Part shown: positions 1-9,645 of the stretch, piece after piece
Numbering within the stretch: position 1 is the first letter of the stretch
Layout: every line of letters begins with the position of its first letter
Origin: Chloroflexota bacterium
GTDB taxonomy: Bacteria > Chloroflexota > Dehalococcoidia > UBA2979
DNA length: 64,000 nt
Assembly (NCBI GenBank): GCA_947479915.1
Contig: CANKAU010000003.1
Span: forward strand, 41,359 to 105,358
Direction: 5' to 3'
Notes under the pieces: model-generated
The model's input: the letters and a program-made list of their open reading frames with translations, nothing else
Databases searched by the model: none
Told to the model about the DNA's origin: nothing
Made by a program: the position numbers and the translations under genes

Positions 1-116
1 CCGGGCCGCAGTCGGGCGCGTGTCCGCGCCCTTCGGGCCACGCAGCGGGACGCCTCGGGCGCTACCCGCGATCACCCGCATCCCTCCGGCGTGCGGCGCC
101 TGCCGCCGGACGTGAC

Positions 117-2285
117 TCACTGGCCCGCGGGTCCCGGCGGCACGCCACCGGGGAACGTCGTCGGGGGCGTCGTTGCCGGCGGGGGCGTCGTGCTCGGCAC
201 CGGCGTCGAGGTCTGGATCGGCGGGGGCGTCGGCGCGCTCGTGGGAGCGGGCGTCGCCGTCGGAGCGGCGGTCGGGGCCGTGGTCGGGCGCGGCGTCGGC
301 GTCGAGGTCGGCGCGGGCGTGGTCCCGCCGGGGCGCGCCGTCGCGGTCGGCGTGGGCGTCGCGGTGCCCGTCGGTGTCGGTGTGGGCGTCGCGGTACCGA
401 CGCGTAGCCCCAACTCCTGCCCGACGAACGTAGTGCCGTCCGAGACGACGAGGCGCACGTTGTACGTCCCGCTCTGCTGCGGTGCGCGCCAGTTCACGCT
501 GGCCGGGGTCGCGTCCGCGCTCCAGCACTTGGAGCCCTCCACGGTGCCCTGCGCGGCGCTCCAGCACGGGGCGAGGTACGGGCCAAAGGGCCGCTCCAGC
601 TTCACCGAGCCGTCCTGCGCGAACAGCAGCGCGGTCGACCAGAGGTCCGGCAGCGCGTCGTCCTGCTTCGCCTGGTCCACCACGATCCCGGCGAGGCCGA
701 GCCTCGACGCGAGGTCCATGCGGAAGGCCGCCGAGAAGCGGTTCTCGATCCAGACGTTGTGTGCACCATCCGCCGCGTTGTAGGCGAAGGCCACCGAGCG
801 AGCGGTGGTGTCCCACCGCAGGCCCGCGCCCTGCTGCGCGTCGCCGAGGTTCAGCGCGCGGAGCGCCACGGTGCCGCCGGCCGCGGCTGCGGTGGCCTCG
901 GCCTTCGGGTCGATCGTGCTGGCGATGGTCAGCGCGTCTCGGAGGGAGAGCTGCGACATCTGCTGCGCGCGGCGGTCGACGGAGCGGCGGTCGAGGATCA
1001 GCGACACCTTGGCGAGGTCGGTGTTGCCAGCCTTCCTCGTGCTCAGCAGCTGCTCCATCTGGTCGTAGTACACCGCCGGATCGGCGACGCCGCGGAGCCA
1101 GATCCCATCAGCCGAACCCGCGAGGGCGTTCCAGTCATACGCGCCGTTGGCGCCAGCGCTCCCCGGGATCCCGATGACGAGCCCCAGCTGGTCGCGCTGC
1201 AGCCGCTCGCGCAGCATCTTCACGAAAGCGCTAAAGGCATCCTTCTGCGCACCCGGCAGGTTGCGGTAGTCGAGGTACACGCCCGCGGCGTTCTGGCTCT
1301 TCGCCGCGGCGGCAATGGACTCGGCGTGCGCGCCTTGCAGCGTGGTCGAGGACAGCGCCTTCACCAGGCCCTGCGTCTCGGTGCCGTCGCTGACGCCGAG
1401 GTAGACCTTCGCCTTGCCCGCGCTCGGGGCGATGCCCTGGAGCGCGCCGTTGGTCGCCTGCAGTGCGCCGTCGTTGCCGACGGACGCGCCCATGACCGCG
1501 ACGATCGAGGTCGCATCGAGCGCGCGCGTGTCGAGGCGATCGCCGGCCTGCACGATCAGCGCGAGCGCCTTCGCCTGCCCCGTTCGCCGCAGCACGGCGA
1601 GCGCGCCGGGCGGGCTCGCCACATCACCCGATGCGGCCGTGCCGCCGGGTGCGAGCGCGACGTTCGCGATCCGCGTCCACCGCGACCCGTCGTAGGCGTA
1701 CATGCCAAGGTTCGAGGCATCCTGCGTCGCCTGCGTGAGCGTGACCTCGATGGACCACGGGCCCTTCGCGCCGTCCGGAACGCGGACGTCGTAGAGCTTG
1801 CTGAGCGCGGTGAAGCCGTTGGGGAGCGTCGGCATGTTGTCGCGCGCGCTCGCGGTGATGCCGTCCGTGCCTGTCGGGGCCGTGGAGTCGCGGCCGATCA
1901 CGCGCACCGGGGACCACGGCAGCACCAGTGCGGCCACGATCGCGCCAAGCACCGCCAGCAGCGCCACGATGCGCACCAGCCCGCGGTCGCTGGCGTATCC
2001 GCCACCACCGTCGCCGCGACCGCGATTGCTGCGGCGGCCACCGAAGTCGTCGAACTCGTCGTCCTCGTCCCAGCGCCACGGCTCGCCCGGAGGCGCTGGG
2101 GGCGAATCGTTGCCGTCGTCGAATACGGGAGCGGGCGCGTCACGCTCGAAGCGCGGCGTGAGATCCTCGTGCTCCTCGCGGCGACGACGAGGACGCACCA
2201 GCGGCTCGTCCTCCGGCCCGTCGTCGTCGGGCGGGAACAGGGGCGGGTCCGGCCGGTACGGGTTCGGCGGGCGGCGGTCGTCCAT
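117..2285 (-). CDS. Membrane-anchored GH18 (chitinase-like) TIM-barrel protein with Pro/Thr-rich C-tail, likely non-catalytic
   Basis: Acidic disordered N-terminus, one TM (IVALLAVLGAIVAALVL), GH18-like segment AGVYLDYRNL...AYDWNAL and VWIEN..SAAFRMDLA, and PT repeats at the C-terminus. Confidence 0.65.
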   Translation of the reverse strand: MDDRRPPNPYRPDPPLFPPDDDGPEDEPLVRPRRRREEHEDLTPRFERDAPAPVFDDGNDSPPAPPGEPWRWDEDDEFDDFGGRRSNRGRGDGGGGYASDRGLVRIVALLAVLGAIVAALVLPWSPVRVIGRDSTAPTGTDGITASARDNMPTLPNGFTALSKLYDVRVPDGAKGPWSIEVTLTQATQDASNLGMYAYDGSRWTRIANVALAPGGTAASGDVASPPGALAVLRRTGQAKALALIVQAGDRLDTRALDATSIVAVMGASVGNDGALQATNGALQGIAPSAGKAKVYLGVSDGTETQGLVKALSSTTLQGAHAESIAAAAKSQNAAGVYLDYRNLPGAQKDAFSAFVKMLRERLQRDQLGLVIGIPGSAGANGAYDWNALAGSADGIWLRGVADPAVYYDQMEQLLSTRKAGNTDLAKVSLILDRRSVDRRAQQMSQLSLRDALTIASTIDPKAEATAAAAGGTVALRALNLGDAQQGAGLRWDTTARSVAFAYNAADGAHNVWIENRFSAAFRMDLASRLGLAGIVVDQAKQDDALPDLWSTALLFAQDGSVKLERPFGPYLAPCWSAAQGTVEGSKCWSADATPASVNWRAPQQSGTYNVRLVVSDGTTFVGQELGLRVGTATPTPTPTGTATPTPTATARPGGTTPAPTSTPTPRPTTAPTAAPTATPAPTSAPTPPPIQTSTPVPSTTPPPATTPPTTFPGGVPPGPAGQ

Positions 2286-2298
2286 GGCGATCTCCCTG

Positions 2299-3507
2299 TC
2301 AGCGAGCGGCGGCAGCCGGTCGAGGCGAAACGGTCACAGCGCGCTGGCGTCCGTCTCGGAAGACGGTCAGCTGCACATCACGCCCGGCGGGGGAGACACC
2401 GAGCAGGTTCACGAACGGGGCCAGCGATTCAATCGGCTGCCCGTTCACGGCGGTGACCACGTCGCCTACGCGGATGCCGGCGGCCTCGGCCGGGCTTCCA
2501 CGGTCTACCGCCACGATAGCCACGCCGTCCGCGTACGGCGAGTTCGCGGGCAACTTCGTGCGGTCGACCGGCGTGTGCTGTGTCCCCAGCCGTTCGATGC
2601 CCAGGCGGGGGCGCGGGTTCACGCCCGAGGCGACCACGGCGTCCACGGTCTTGCGCAGCGAGTTCATCGAGTGGGCGAGGCCGACACCCTCGACAGACTC
2701 GCCGCTGGGGTTCTGTCGCACGACCGTGGTGACCAGGCCCACCACCTCGCCGCGGTCGTTCAGCACCGCTCCGCCGGAGTCGCCGTGGTTCACCGCCGCG
2801 TCCGTCTGCAGCATGTCCTGCAGCACCACGCCGGGGCGCGGGAAGTCGAGGTGCACCGCAGAGACCACGCCGGCCTTCACCTGGTTCTCGAAGGTCACGA
2901 GCCCGCTGGAGATGACGGTGAGCGAGTCGCCGGGCTTCAGCGCGTCAGAGTCGCCCAGGGCGACCGCTCGCAGACCGCCTCCCTGCACTCGGAGGAGCGC
3001 CATGTCGTTGAACGGCGAGTCATCCGCCACATAGCTCGCCGAACGGCGCTCGCCGGTGCTCAGCACGACCGTGAGCCGCGCGGCACCCGAGACGACGTGG
3101 TAGTTCGTGAGGACGAGGCCGGCCTCGTGGATGACGATCCCGGAGCCGATGTTCTCCGACTCGATGCGCTGGCCCTGCGCGTCCGTGCGCGCCGGGAGGT
3201 CGGCGAGCACCGTGACGATGCCCGGCATGGCACGCTCGACGATCGCGGCGCGGGCGCTCGTGACGGCGACCTCGGCGGTGGGGGCGGCAGCGGGCACGGC
3301 GGCGACACGGGGTACGACGAGGCGCACAGTAACCAGCGCCCCGGCGACGCCGCCAAGGAGCGCGAGCACCAGTACGGCGCCGGCCAGTGCTGCAACTCGC
3401 GTGGGGGTGGCAGGAATGGCGACGCCCTCCGATCCGAGGATCGACCTCGGACGCCCCGCCTCCCCGAGTCTAGCACCGCCCTCCCGCGACCGGTCGAACG
3501 CCCGCAT
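2299..3507 (-). CDS. HtrA/DegP-family (S1C) serine protease with PDZ domain
   Basis: GSGIV..LTNYHVV, NDMA and QTDAAVNHGDSGG triad motifs; N-terminal TM; C-terminal PDZ (SPAEAAGIRVGDVV). Exact start uncertain. Confidence 0.9.
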   Translation of the reverse strand: MRAFDRSREGGARLGEAGRPRSILGSEGVAIPATPTRVAALAGAVLVLALLGGVAGALVTVRLVVPRVAAVPAAAPTAEVAVTSARAAIVERAMPGIVTVLADLPARTDAQGQRIESENIGSGIVIHEAGLVLTNYHVVSGAARLTVVLSTGERRSASYVADDSPFNDMALLRVQGGGLRAVALGDSDALKPGDSLTVISSGLVTFENQVKAGVVSAVHLDFPRPGVVLQDMLQTDAAVNHGDSGGAVLNDRGEVVGLVTTVVRQNPSGESVEGVGLAHSMNSLRKTVDAVVASGVNPRPRLGIERLGTQHTPVDRTKLPANSPYADGVAIVAVDRGSPAEAAGIRVGDVVTAVNGQPIESLAPFVNLLGVSPAGRDVQLTVFRDGRQRAVTVSPRPAAAAR

Positions 3508-3571
3508 GGCCCACCCGGAGCGACGGGCGGCATTCGTTGCGGGTCTGCAATCGAACGCTCGTGCTACTCGC

Positions 3572-3601
3572 TTGTGAGCGAGGGCGCGATCTGGCTATAA
3601 T
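3572..3601 (+). promoter_or_regulatory. Sigma70-type promoter for greA
   Basis: TTGTGA-18nt-TATAAT. Confidence 0.6.
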
Positions 3602-3722
3602 GCCTCAACAGATTCAGATCTGGTCAGCGGACCGGCCCCGCGCTGGCCCGCTTCGTGACGTTGAGACGCAGCGAGGATTTCCGGCGCGCCCGCGCCCACC
3701 TCCGCGGATGAGGACTCCCGAG

Positions 3723-4196
3723 ATGGCAGAAGAGCCTGTACTCCTGACTCGCGCTGGCTTGCAGCGCCTGGAGGCGGAGCTTCATGAGCTCAAGACGGTG
3801 CGCCGTGCCGAGGTCGCCGCAGCGATCCGCGAAGCGCAGGAGCTGGGCCCGGACCAGCTGGACGCCCAGTACGAAGACGCCAAGAACCAGCAGGCTTTCC
3901 TCGAAGGCCGCATCGGCGAGATCGAGCGGCAGCTCGAGAACGTCTCGATCATCGACGAGAACGCGGCTTCGAAGTCGAAGCAGGTACAGGTCGGCTCGAC
4001 CGTGACGGTGAAGAACGCCGCGGGGAAGAGCCAGAAGTACCAGGTGGTCGGCCCGGCCGAGGCGGACCCGACGCAGGGCCGCATCAGCCACAAGTCTCCC
4101 GTCGGCCGGGCGCTGCTCGGCAAGAAGAAGGGCGACACGGTGATGATCAAGGCTCCCGCCGGCGACGTGGAGCTCACGGTCACGACCATCGCGTAG
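3723..4196 (+). CDS. greA: Gre-family transcription elongation factor
   Basis: LT..GL..LE.EL..L coiled coil and EADP..GRIS..SPVGRALLG; ATG 3723 after GAGGA. Confidence 0.85.
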   Translation: MAEEPVLLTRAGLQRLEAELHELKTVRRAEVAAAIREAQELGPDQLDAQYEDAKNQQAFLEGRIGEIERQLENVSIIDENAASKSKQVQVGSTVTVKNAAGKSQKYQVVGPAEADPTQGRISHKSPVGRALLGKKKGDTVMIKAPAGDVELTVTTIA

Positions 4197-4349
4197 CGAG
4201 GTCGCGCCGCCGCCGAGACATCGAGCGGCGGCCCTGCCCGTCCCGGCGCGGGAGGGTTCTGAGTGAGAGACGGGGCTTCGCCCCGCACCCCGCCGAGCCG
4301 AACGCCCACCCCCGAGCGCGTATTTCCGCGCTATGCGTTACTGAGAGCC

Positions 4350-5924
4350 ATGCCCTCCGAACAGGAACTCATCGCCCAGCGCCTCGACAAGCGGGAGCGC
4401 CTCCTCGCGCAGGGGGACGCCTACCCGGCGCGCGTCGCACGTACGCACACCACCGCCGAAGCCGTCGCCACGTACGAGGCGTTCGAGGTTGAGCGCGGTG
4501 GCCCCGAGGCCGCTGCCGAGGCGATCGCGGCGCTCGCGGAGTCGTCCGACCCGTTCCATCGGCTGGGCGTCACCATCGTCGGGCGCGTCACCGCGCAGCG
4601 CGTGATGGGCAAGGCCGCCTTCCTCGACCTGCGCGACGTCTCCGGGCGCATCCAGCTGCACTTCCGCCGCGACGCGCTGCCGGACTTCGGCAACCTCGAC
4701 CTCGTCGACCTCGGTGACTTCCTCGAGGTCTCCGGGACGCTCTTCCGGACGCGCACCGGCGAGGTCACCGTCTCGGTGGTGTCGTGGCGCGTGATCACGA
4801 AGGCCGTGCGGCCGATGCCGGACGCGTACCACGGGCTGACGGACGTCGAGACGCGCTACCGCCAGCGCTACCTCGACCTGATCGCCAACGAGCGCTCCCG
4901 CGAGATCGCGTTCCAGCGCGCGCGGATCGTCTCCGCCGTGCGCCGCTTCTTCCTCGACCGCGAGTTCGTCGAGGTGGAGACACCGGTGCTTCAGGAGGAG
5001 GCCGGCGGCGCCGCCGCGCGTCCGTTCATCACGCACCACAACGAGTTGAACCGCGACCTGTTCATGCGCATTTCGCTGGAGCTCCACCTGAAGCGGCTGC
5101 TGGTCGGCGGCTTCGAGAAGGTGTTCGAGATCGGCCGCGTGTTCCGCAACGAGGGCGTCTCCTTCCGCCACAACCCGGAGTTCACGCTCCTCGAGTCGTA
5201 CGAGGCCTACGCCGACTACAACGACGTTGCGCGGATGGTGGAAGAGCTCCTCGCCAGTGTCGCCACCAGCGTCCTCGGCACGCCGGAGGTGCAGCACGGC
5301 GACCACGTGGTCAGCCTGCGCGCGCCGTTCGCGCGGATCACGTACCGCGACGCCCTGATGCAGCACGGCGGCATCGACTACAAGGACTACCCGACGACCG
5401 AGACCCTCGCCGCGCTCGCGCAGCAGCGGCACGTCGCGTTCGCACCCGGCGCTTCGTGGGCCACGATCCTCGACGCGCTGGTGTCCGAGTACGTGGAGCC
5501 GAAGTTGATCCAGCCCACGTTCCTGATGGACTACCCGACCGCGCTCTCTCCGCTGGCGAAGAAGAAGATCGATGACCCCGACACCGTCGAGCGCTTCGAG
5601 TTGTTCGCGCTCGGCTTCGAGATCGCCAACGCCTACTCCGAGCTGAACGACCCGGTCGACCAGCGCGAGCGCATGGAGGAGCAGGCCCGCAAGGCCGCCG
5701 CCGGCGACGAGGAGGCCGAGATGATGGACGTCGACTTCCTCACCGCGCTGGAGCACGGCATGCCCCCCGCGGGCGGCCTCGGCATCGGCATCGATCGCCT
5801 CGTCTCGCTGATCACAGGCGAGCACTCGCTGCGCGAGGTCATTCTGTTCCCGGCGCTCCGCGAGCGGGCGACGACCGACACGATCCACGAGGATCGAGAA
5901 CCGACCGAGGACGGCGGGGCCTGA
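4350..5924 (+). CDS. lysS: Lysine--tRNA ligase (class II)
   Basis: RYRQRYLDL, GGAAARPF, FRNEG, HNPEFT, GMPPAGGLGIGIDR. Confidence 0.98.
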   Translation: MPSEQELIAQRLDKRERLLAQGDAYPARVARTHTTAEAVATYEAFEVERGGPEAAAEAIAALAESSDPFHRLGVTIVGRVTAQRVMGKAAFLDLRDVSGRIQLHFRRDALPDFGNLDLVDLGDFLEVSGTLFRTRTGEVTVSVVSWRVITKAVRPMPDAYHGLTDVETRYRQRYLDLIANERSREIAFQRARIVSAVRRFFLDREFVEVETPVLQEEAGGAAARPFITHHNELNRDLFMRISLELHLKRLLVGGFEKVFEIGRVFRNEGVSFRHNPEFTLLESYEAYADYNDVARMVEELLASVATSVLGTPEVQHGDHVVSLRAPFARITYRDALMQHGGIDYKDYPTTETLAALAQQRHVAFAPGASWATILDALVSEYVEPKLIQPTFLMDYPTALSPLAKKKIDDPDTVERFELFALGFEIANAYSELNDPVDQRERMEEQARKAAAGDEEAEMMDVDFLTALEHGMPPAGGLGIGIDRLVSLITGEHSLREVILFPALRERATTDTIHEDREPTEDGGA

Positions 5925-6358
5925 TGCCCGCCCCCGCGCGCATCCGCGAGGACGTGCACCTGCATGCCCCCGCGCACGCCGTCCAGCAGCGCATCCTCGA
6001 CCTCAACACGTACGACCAGTGGCTCGCGCCCGCGTTCCGTGACTTCCGCGCGGACGACGAGGGCTGGTCGTTCACGCTCGTCCTCCCCGGGCGCAGCGAG
6101 CAGGGTCGCCTGCGGCGCGGGGGCATCGAGGCCGGCGCGGTGACCTTCGTGCGCGACGGCGACGGCGCAGTAGAGGCCCTGACGTGGGCGGTGCACGCGG
6201 AGAGCACCCGCGAGGTGCACCTGACGGTCGAGCTCACCTACATCCCCGCGGGCGGCCTCGCCGGCAACATCCTCGAGGCGACGCTGCACCGCCCGAATCG
6301 CGTGCAGGCGCTCCGCGACTCGCTGTGGGCGTTCAAGCAGCTCGTCGAGCAGCGCTAG
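5924..6358 (+). CDS. SRPBCC/START-like domain protein
   Basis: Size and pattern (N-terminal strand, ..W.., C-terminal helix L.AFKQLVE); coupled to lysS by TGATG. Confidence 0.6.
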   Translation: MPAPARIREDVHLHAPAHAVQQRILDLNTYDQWLAPAFRDFRADDEGWSFTLVLPGRSEQGRLRRGGIEAGAVTFVRDGDGAVEALTWAVHAESTREVHLTVELTYIPAGGLAGNILEATLHRPNRVQALRDSLWAFKQLVEQR

Positions 6359-6401
6359 CCGCGAGGGCTCCGGCGCCCCCAGACCTGGTGCGATTTCACC
6401 T

Positions 6402-7613
6402 GTGATTGACGCGCCCGATGCACGCGCGTACGGTCAGCGGCGCCTGATCGGCACGCGGACAGGAGGGCTGCATGCGCACAGGATCGCGTTCCGACGATGG
6501 ACTGGCGGGCTGGCTCTCGTCACCATCGGGCTCGTCACCTCGCTCGCGTTCATCGCGACCGCGTCTGCGGCACTGCCTCCAAATGAGACGTACAGCGGCG
6601 GCATGAGCAGCAACGACTCCGTCAAGCTGATCTCCGACGCTGATGGCGGCAAGGTCACGATCACCACCACCTTCTCCGGACTGGATGGTTGCAGCGGCAC
6701 CCGAGGCGCGACGATCACCCTCGCTCCAAACACCACCAGCTTCTTCGGAGGATCCGCGACTCCGAGCGCCCCGGGAGACAGTGCCACCAACCGCTGGTTC
6801 GGCGGTGCGACGGGTGATGGCGGCATGATGATCGGCACGGTGAGCTACGACTATCCGGTGTCCAACACGTCATGCACCACGCGTGCGACGTACCTCGCGA
6901 AAGGCACATCGGCCGGGACCGCCGGGCCGGGGATTCCCCCGCGAACCGTCTACCGCGGAGCGGTGAGTTCATCGATCAACCTCGGCGTGGGCGGCACCAT
7001 CGAACTGTCGTCCGGCGCGGACAAGAACGTGATCGACCGCCTGACCATTAGCTACACCGAGGGCACATGCAGCTACCCGGTCGACCTTCGTGACATCACG
7101 CTCGCGGACGGCATGTCCTTCCACGTTGGGGTGCGCACACCTAGCCGACCGGCGCCGACGGCGTCGGTGGTTGGCCTGACCTCTGGGTCGTCCACCATCC
7201 TCGGTGGCTTCTCGGCTCCCGCGAAGGCGGGCTGCCCGGCGGTGGCGGGACAGTGGACCGCCCGGATCGTGACGGCGCAGAGCGCAGCACCGACGCCGAC
7301 GCCCACGGTCACCGCGCCCGGCGCATCTTCGACGCCGGCCGCCGGCGCGACCGGTGTGAGCGGCCGGTTCGCGGGCTCCGTCGCGTTCACCACCTCCGGC
7401 CAAGGGCTCGCCGTGTTCCTCGGCGGCTCCGTGGCGGATCTTGAGGCGAGCGCGCGCGGACTACAGACCGGCGTAAAGGGCGTCTGGGCGCAGGAGCCCA
7501 ACGGCAACTACCAGCTGCTGGTCGTGGACGGCCCTGCATTCCTCAGCGACGGGTTCCGCAAGGCGTTCCCCACCGGGTTCGCCGGAACCACGGCCGTGAC
7601 GCTCGTCCGCTAG
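6402..7613 (+). CDS. Secreted Ser/Thr/Gly-rich protein with PT linker and conserved C-terminal domain
   Basis: Signal-like RRWTGGLALVTIGLVTSLAFIATASA; C-terminal ~80 aa similar to ORF 20358-21026. True start uncertain. Confidence 0.7.
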   Translation: MIDAPDARAYGQRRLIGTRTGGLHAHRIAFRRWTGGLALVTIGLVTSLAFIATASAALPPNETYSGGMSSNDSVKLISDADGGKVTITTTFSGLDGCSGTRGATITLAPNTTSFFGGSATPSAPGDSATNRWFGGATGDGGMMIGTVSYDYPVSNTSCTTRATYLAKGTSAGTAGPGIPPRTVYRGAVSSSINLGVGGTIELSSGADKNVIDRLTISYTEGTCSYPVDLRDITLADGMSFHVGVRTPSRPAPTASVVGLTSGSSTILGGFSAPAKAGCPAVAGQWTARIVTAQSAAPTPTPTVTAPGASSTPAAGATGVSGRFAGSVAFTTSGQGLAVFLGGSVADLEASARGLQTGVKGVWAQEPNGNYQLLVVDGPAFLSDGFRKAFPTGFAGTTAVTLVR

Positions 7614-7672
7614 GTCGTCGCCGCCGCAGCGCGCCTCGCGCGGGGTCGAGGGGCGCTGCTACGCTCGGGCGC

Positions 7673-8212
7673 ATGACCGACACGCCACCGTCCGATGCGC
7701 CCCTCGACGCCAGCGCGCTGCCGCGGCACTACACCGTGACGGGGTTCGTCTCCGTCGGCGGGCGCACCGCCCTGCACTGGCACCCGCGCCTCGACCGCTG
7801 GCTGCCGCCCGGCGGGCACGTCGAGGTCAACGAAGACCCGGTGCAGGCCGTGCTGCGCGAGGTGCGCGAGGAGACCGGGCTGGAAGTGGAGATCGTCGGT
7901 GGGTTCCCCTTCGCCTACTCGCACCCCCCGCAGCTCGCCGTGCCTGCGGCGATGGCGGTGTACGACATCCCGCGTGATGGCAGCCTGCCCGGCCCGCACC
8001 AGCACATCGACCTGATCTACTTCACCCGGCCCATCGGCGACGCTACAGCGCTGCCGCACGACGCCGACCATTGGGCGTGGGTGGACGAGGCAACCCTGAT
8101 GCGTCGCCCCGCGTTCTTCGAGGAGCGCGGTCGGCGGGGCGAGGTGGCGGAGGACGTGCGTGAACTGGCGCTCGCCGCCATCGCCGCGGTGCGCGACACT
8201 TCGGGTTCGTAG
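7673..8212 (+). CDS. NUDIX hydrolase
   Basis: Nudix box GGHVEVNEDPVQAVLREVREETG; HQHIDLIY. Confidence 0.92.
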   Translation: MTDTPPSDAPLDASALPRHYTVTGFVSVGGRTALHWHPRLDRWLPPGGHVEVNEDPVQAVLREVREETGLEVEIVGGFPFAYSHPPQLAVPAAMAVYDIPRDGSLPGPHQHIDLIYFTRPIGDATALPHDADHWAWVDEATLMRRPAFFEERGRRGEVAEDVRELALAAIAAVRDTSGS

Positions 8213-8279
8213 CAGCATCCAGCCGGCCTCGCGGCCAGCGCTCAGTCAGCGAAGCCCGCGGCGTAGCCGCATAGCGAGG

Positions 8280-9608
8280 ATGACCGCCGTGCTCTCCATC
8301 CAGACCATCCGCGAACGCACCGACGAGGTCCGCCAGTCGCTGGCCGATCGACACACCGACGCACCGCTGGAGGCAATCCTCGCGGCGGACGAGCAGCGCC
8401 GCTCCGTCCTCGCGGACGTCGAGCGCATGCGGCACGAGCGCAACGACGCGGGCAAGCGCATCGGCGCGGCGAAGGATGCTGCCGAGCGGCAGGCGCTCAT
8501 CGACGCACAGCGCGCCGTGGCCACTGACCTCGACCGGTACGAGGAGATCCTGCGCAACGCGGAGCGCGAGCTGGAGTCGCTGCTGCTCTACATGCCCAAC
8601 CTGCCGCACCCCGACGTCCCCGTCGGCGGCGAGGAGGACTCCGTCGTCGTGATCGAGGGCGACGGGGCGACCGGATTCGAGCGCCGCCTGGACACCCCGG
8701 TGCCGATCAAGGACTGGCCCACGCCCGCGATCGACGACGCGATGCACCCGCACTGGCACCTCGGCCCGGAGCTCGGCGTCATCGACTTCGAGCGCGGCAC
8801 GAAGATCTCCGGCGCGCCGTTCTACATCCTGAAGGGCGACGGCGCCCGCCTGCAGCGCGCGCTCATCTCGTGGATGCTGGATGTGCACCTCGCGCAGGGC
8901 TACAGCGAGATCTACCCGCCCGCACTGGTGCGGGAGGAGACGCTGGTCGGCACCGGCCAGCTGCCGAAGTTCGCGAACACCATGTTCCACGCGGAGGACA
9001 CCGACCTCTGGCTGATCCCCACCGCCGAGGTCCCCGTGACCAACATGTACCGCGAGGAGATCCTGGACGCGGCGATGCTGCCGCTGAAGCACGCGGCCTA
9101 CACGCCCTGCTTCCGACACGAGCAGTTCAGCGCCGGCCGCGACGTGCGCGGCATCAAGCGAGGCTTCCAGTTCGACAAGGTGGAGATGGTGCAGTTCGTC
9201 CCCGAGGAAGACTCGTGGGCCGCGCTGGAGCAGATCGTGCAGGACGCGCTGGACATCATCCGGCCGCTGGGCCTGAAGTACCGCGTGCTGCGCCTGGCCA
9301 CCGCCGACCTGACGTTCAGCAGCGCCATGACCTATGACATCGAAGTGTGGGCGCCCGGCGCGAACGAGTGGCTGGAAGTCTCCAGCGTCTCGAACTTCCT
9401 CGACTTCCAGTCGCGCCGCGCGAACCTGCGCTACCGCGACGCCGAGGGCCGCGTGCGCCACCTGCACACGCTCAACGGCTCAGGCGTCGCGCTCCCGCGC
9501 ACCTTCGCCGCGATCCTCGAGACGCACCAGCAGCCGGACGGCACCGTCACGCTGCCGGAGGCGATCCGCCCGTACCTCGGGGGGTTGTCGCGGATCGCGA
9601 AGCAGTAG
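8280..9608 (+). CDS. serS: Serine--tRNA ligase
   Basis: GTGQLPKF, LIPTAEVP, QFDKVEMV, TYDIEVW, HTLNGSG. Confidence 0.98.
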   Translation: MTAVLSIQTIRERTDEVRQSLADRHTDAPLEAILAADEQRRSVLADVERMRHERNDAGKRIGAAKDAAERQALIDAQRAVATDLDRYEEILRNAERELESLLLYMPNLPHPDVPVGGEEDSVVVIEGDGATGFERRLDTPVPIKDWPTPAIDDAMHPHWHLGPELGVIDFERGTKISGAPFYILKGDGARLQRALISWMLDVHLAQGYSEIYPPALVREETLVGTGQLPKFANTMFHAEDTDLWLIPTAEVPVTNMYREEILDAAMLPLKHAAYTPCFRHEQFSAGRDVRGIKRGFQFDKVEMVQFVPEEDSWAALEQIVQDALDIIRPLGLKYRVLRLATADLTFSSAMTYDIEVWAPGANEWLEVSSVSNFLDFQSRRANLRYRDAEGRVRHLHTLNGSGVALPRTFAAILETHQQPDGTVTLPEAIRPYLGGLSRIAKQ

Positions 9609-9645
9609 TCGAGGGCCCCGTGCTAGGAACGACGAGGGAAGGGAG

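Noticed and set aside
130-400. Repetitive GGCGTCGG-rich tract
   Set aside because: Encodes the Pro/Thr-rich tail of ORF 117-2285; no repeat-spacer structure, so not CRISPR
3552-3565. CGAACgctcGTGCT possible LexA box between htrA and greA
   Set aside because: Single mismatched site; expected by chance, with no supporting second site
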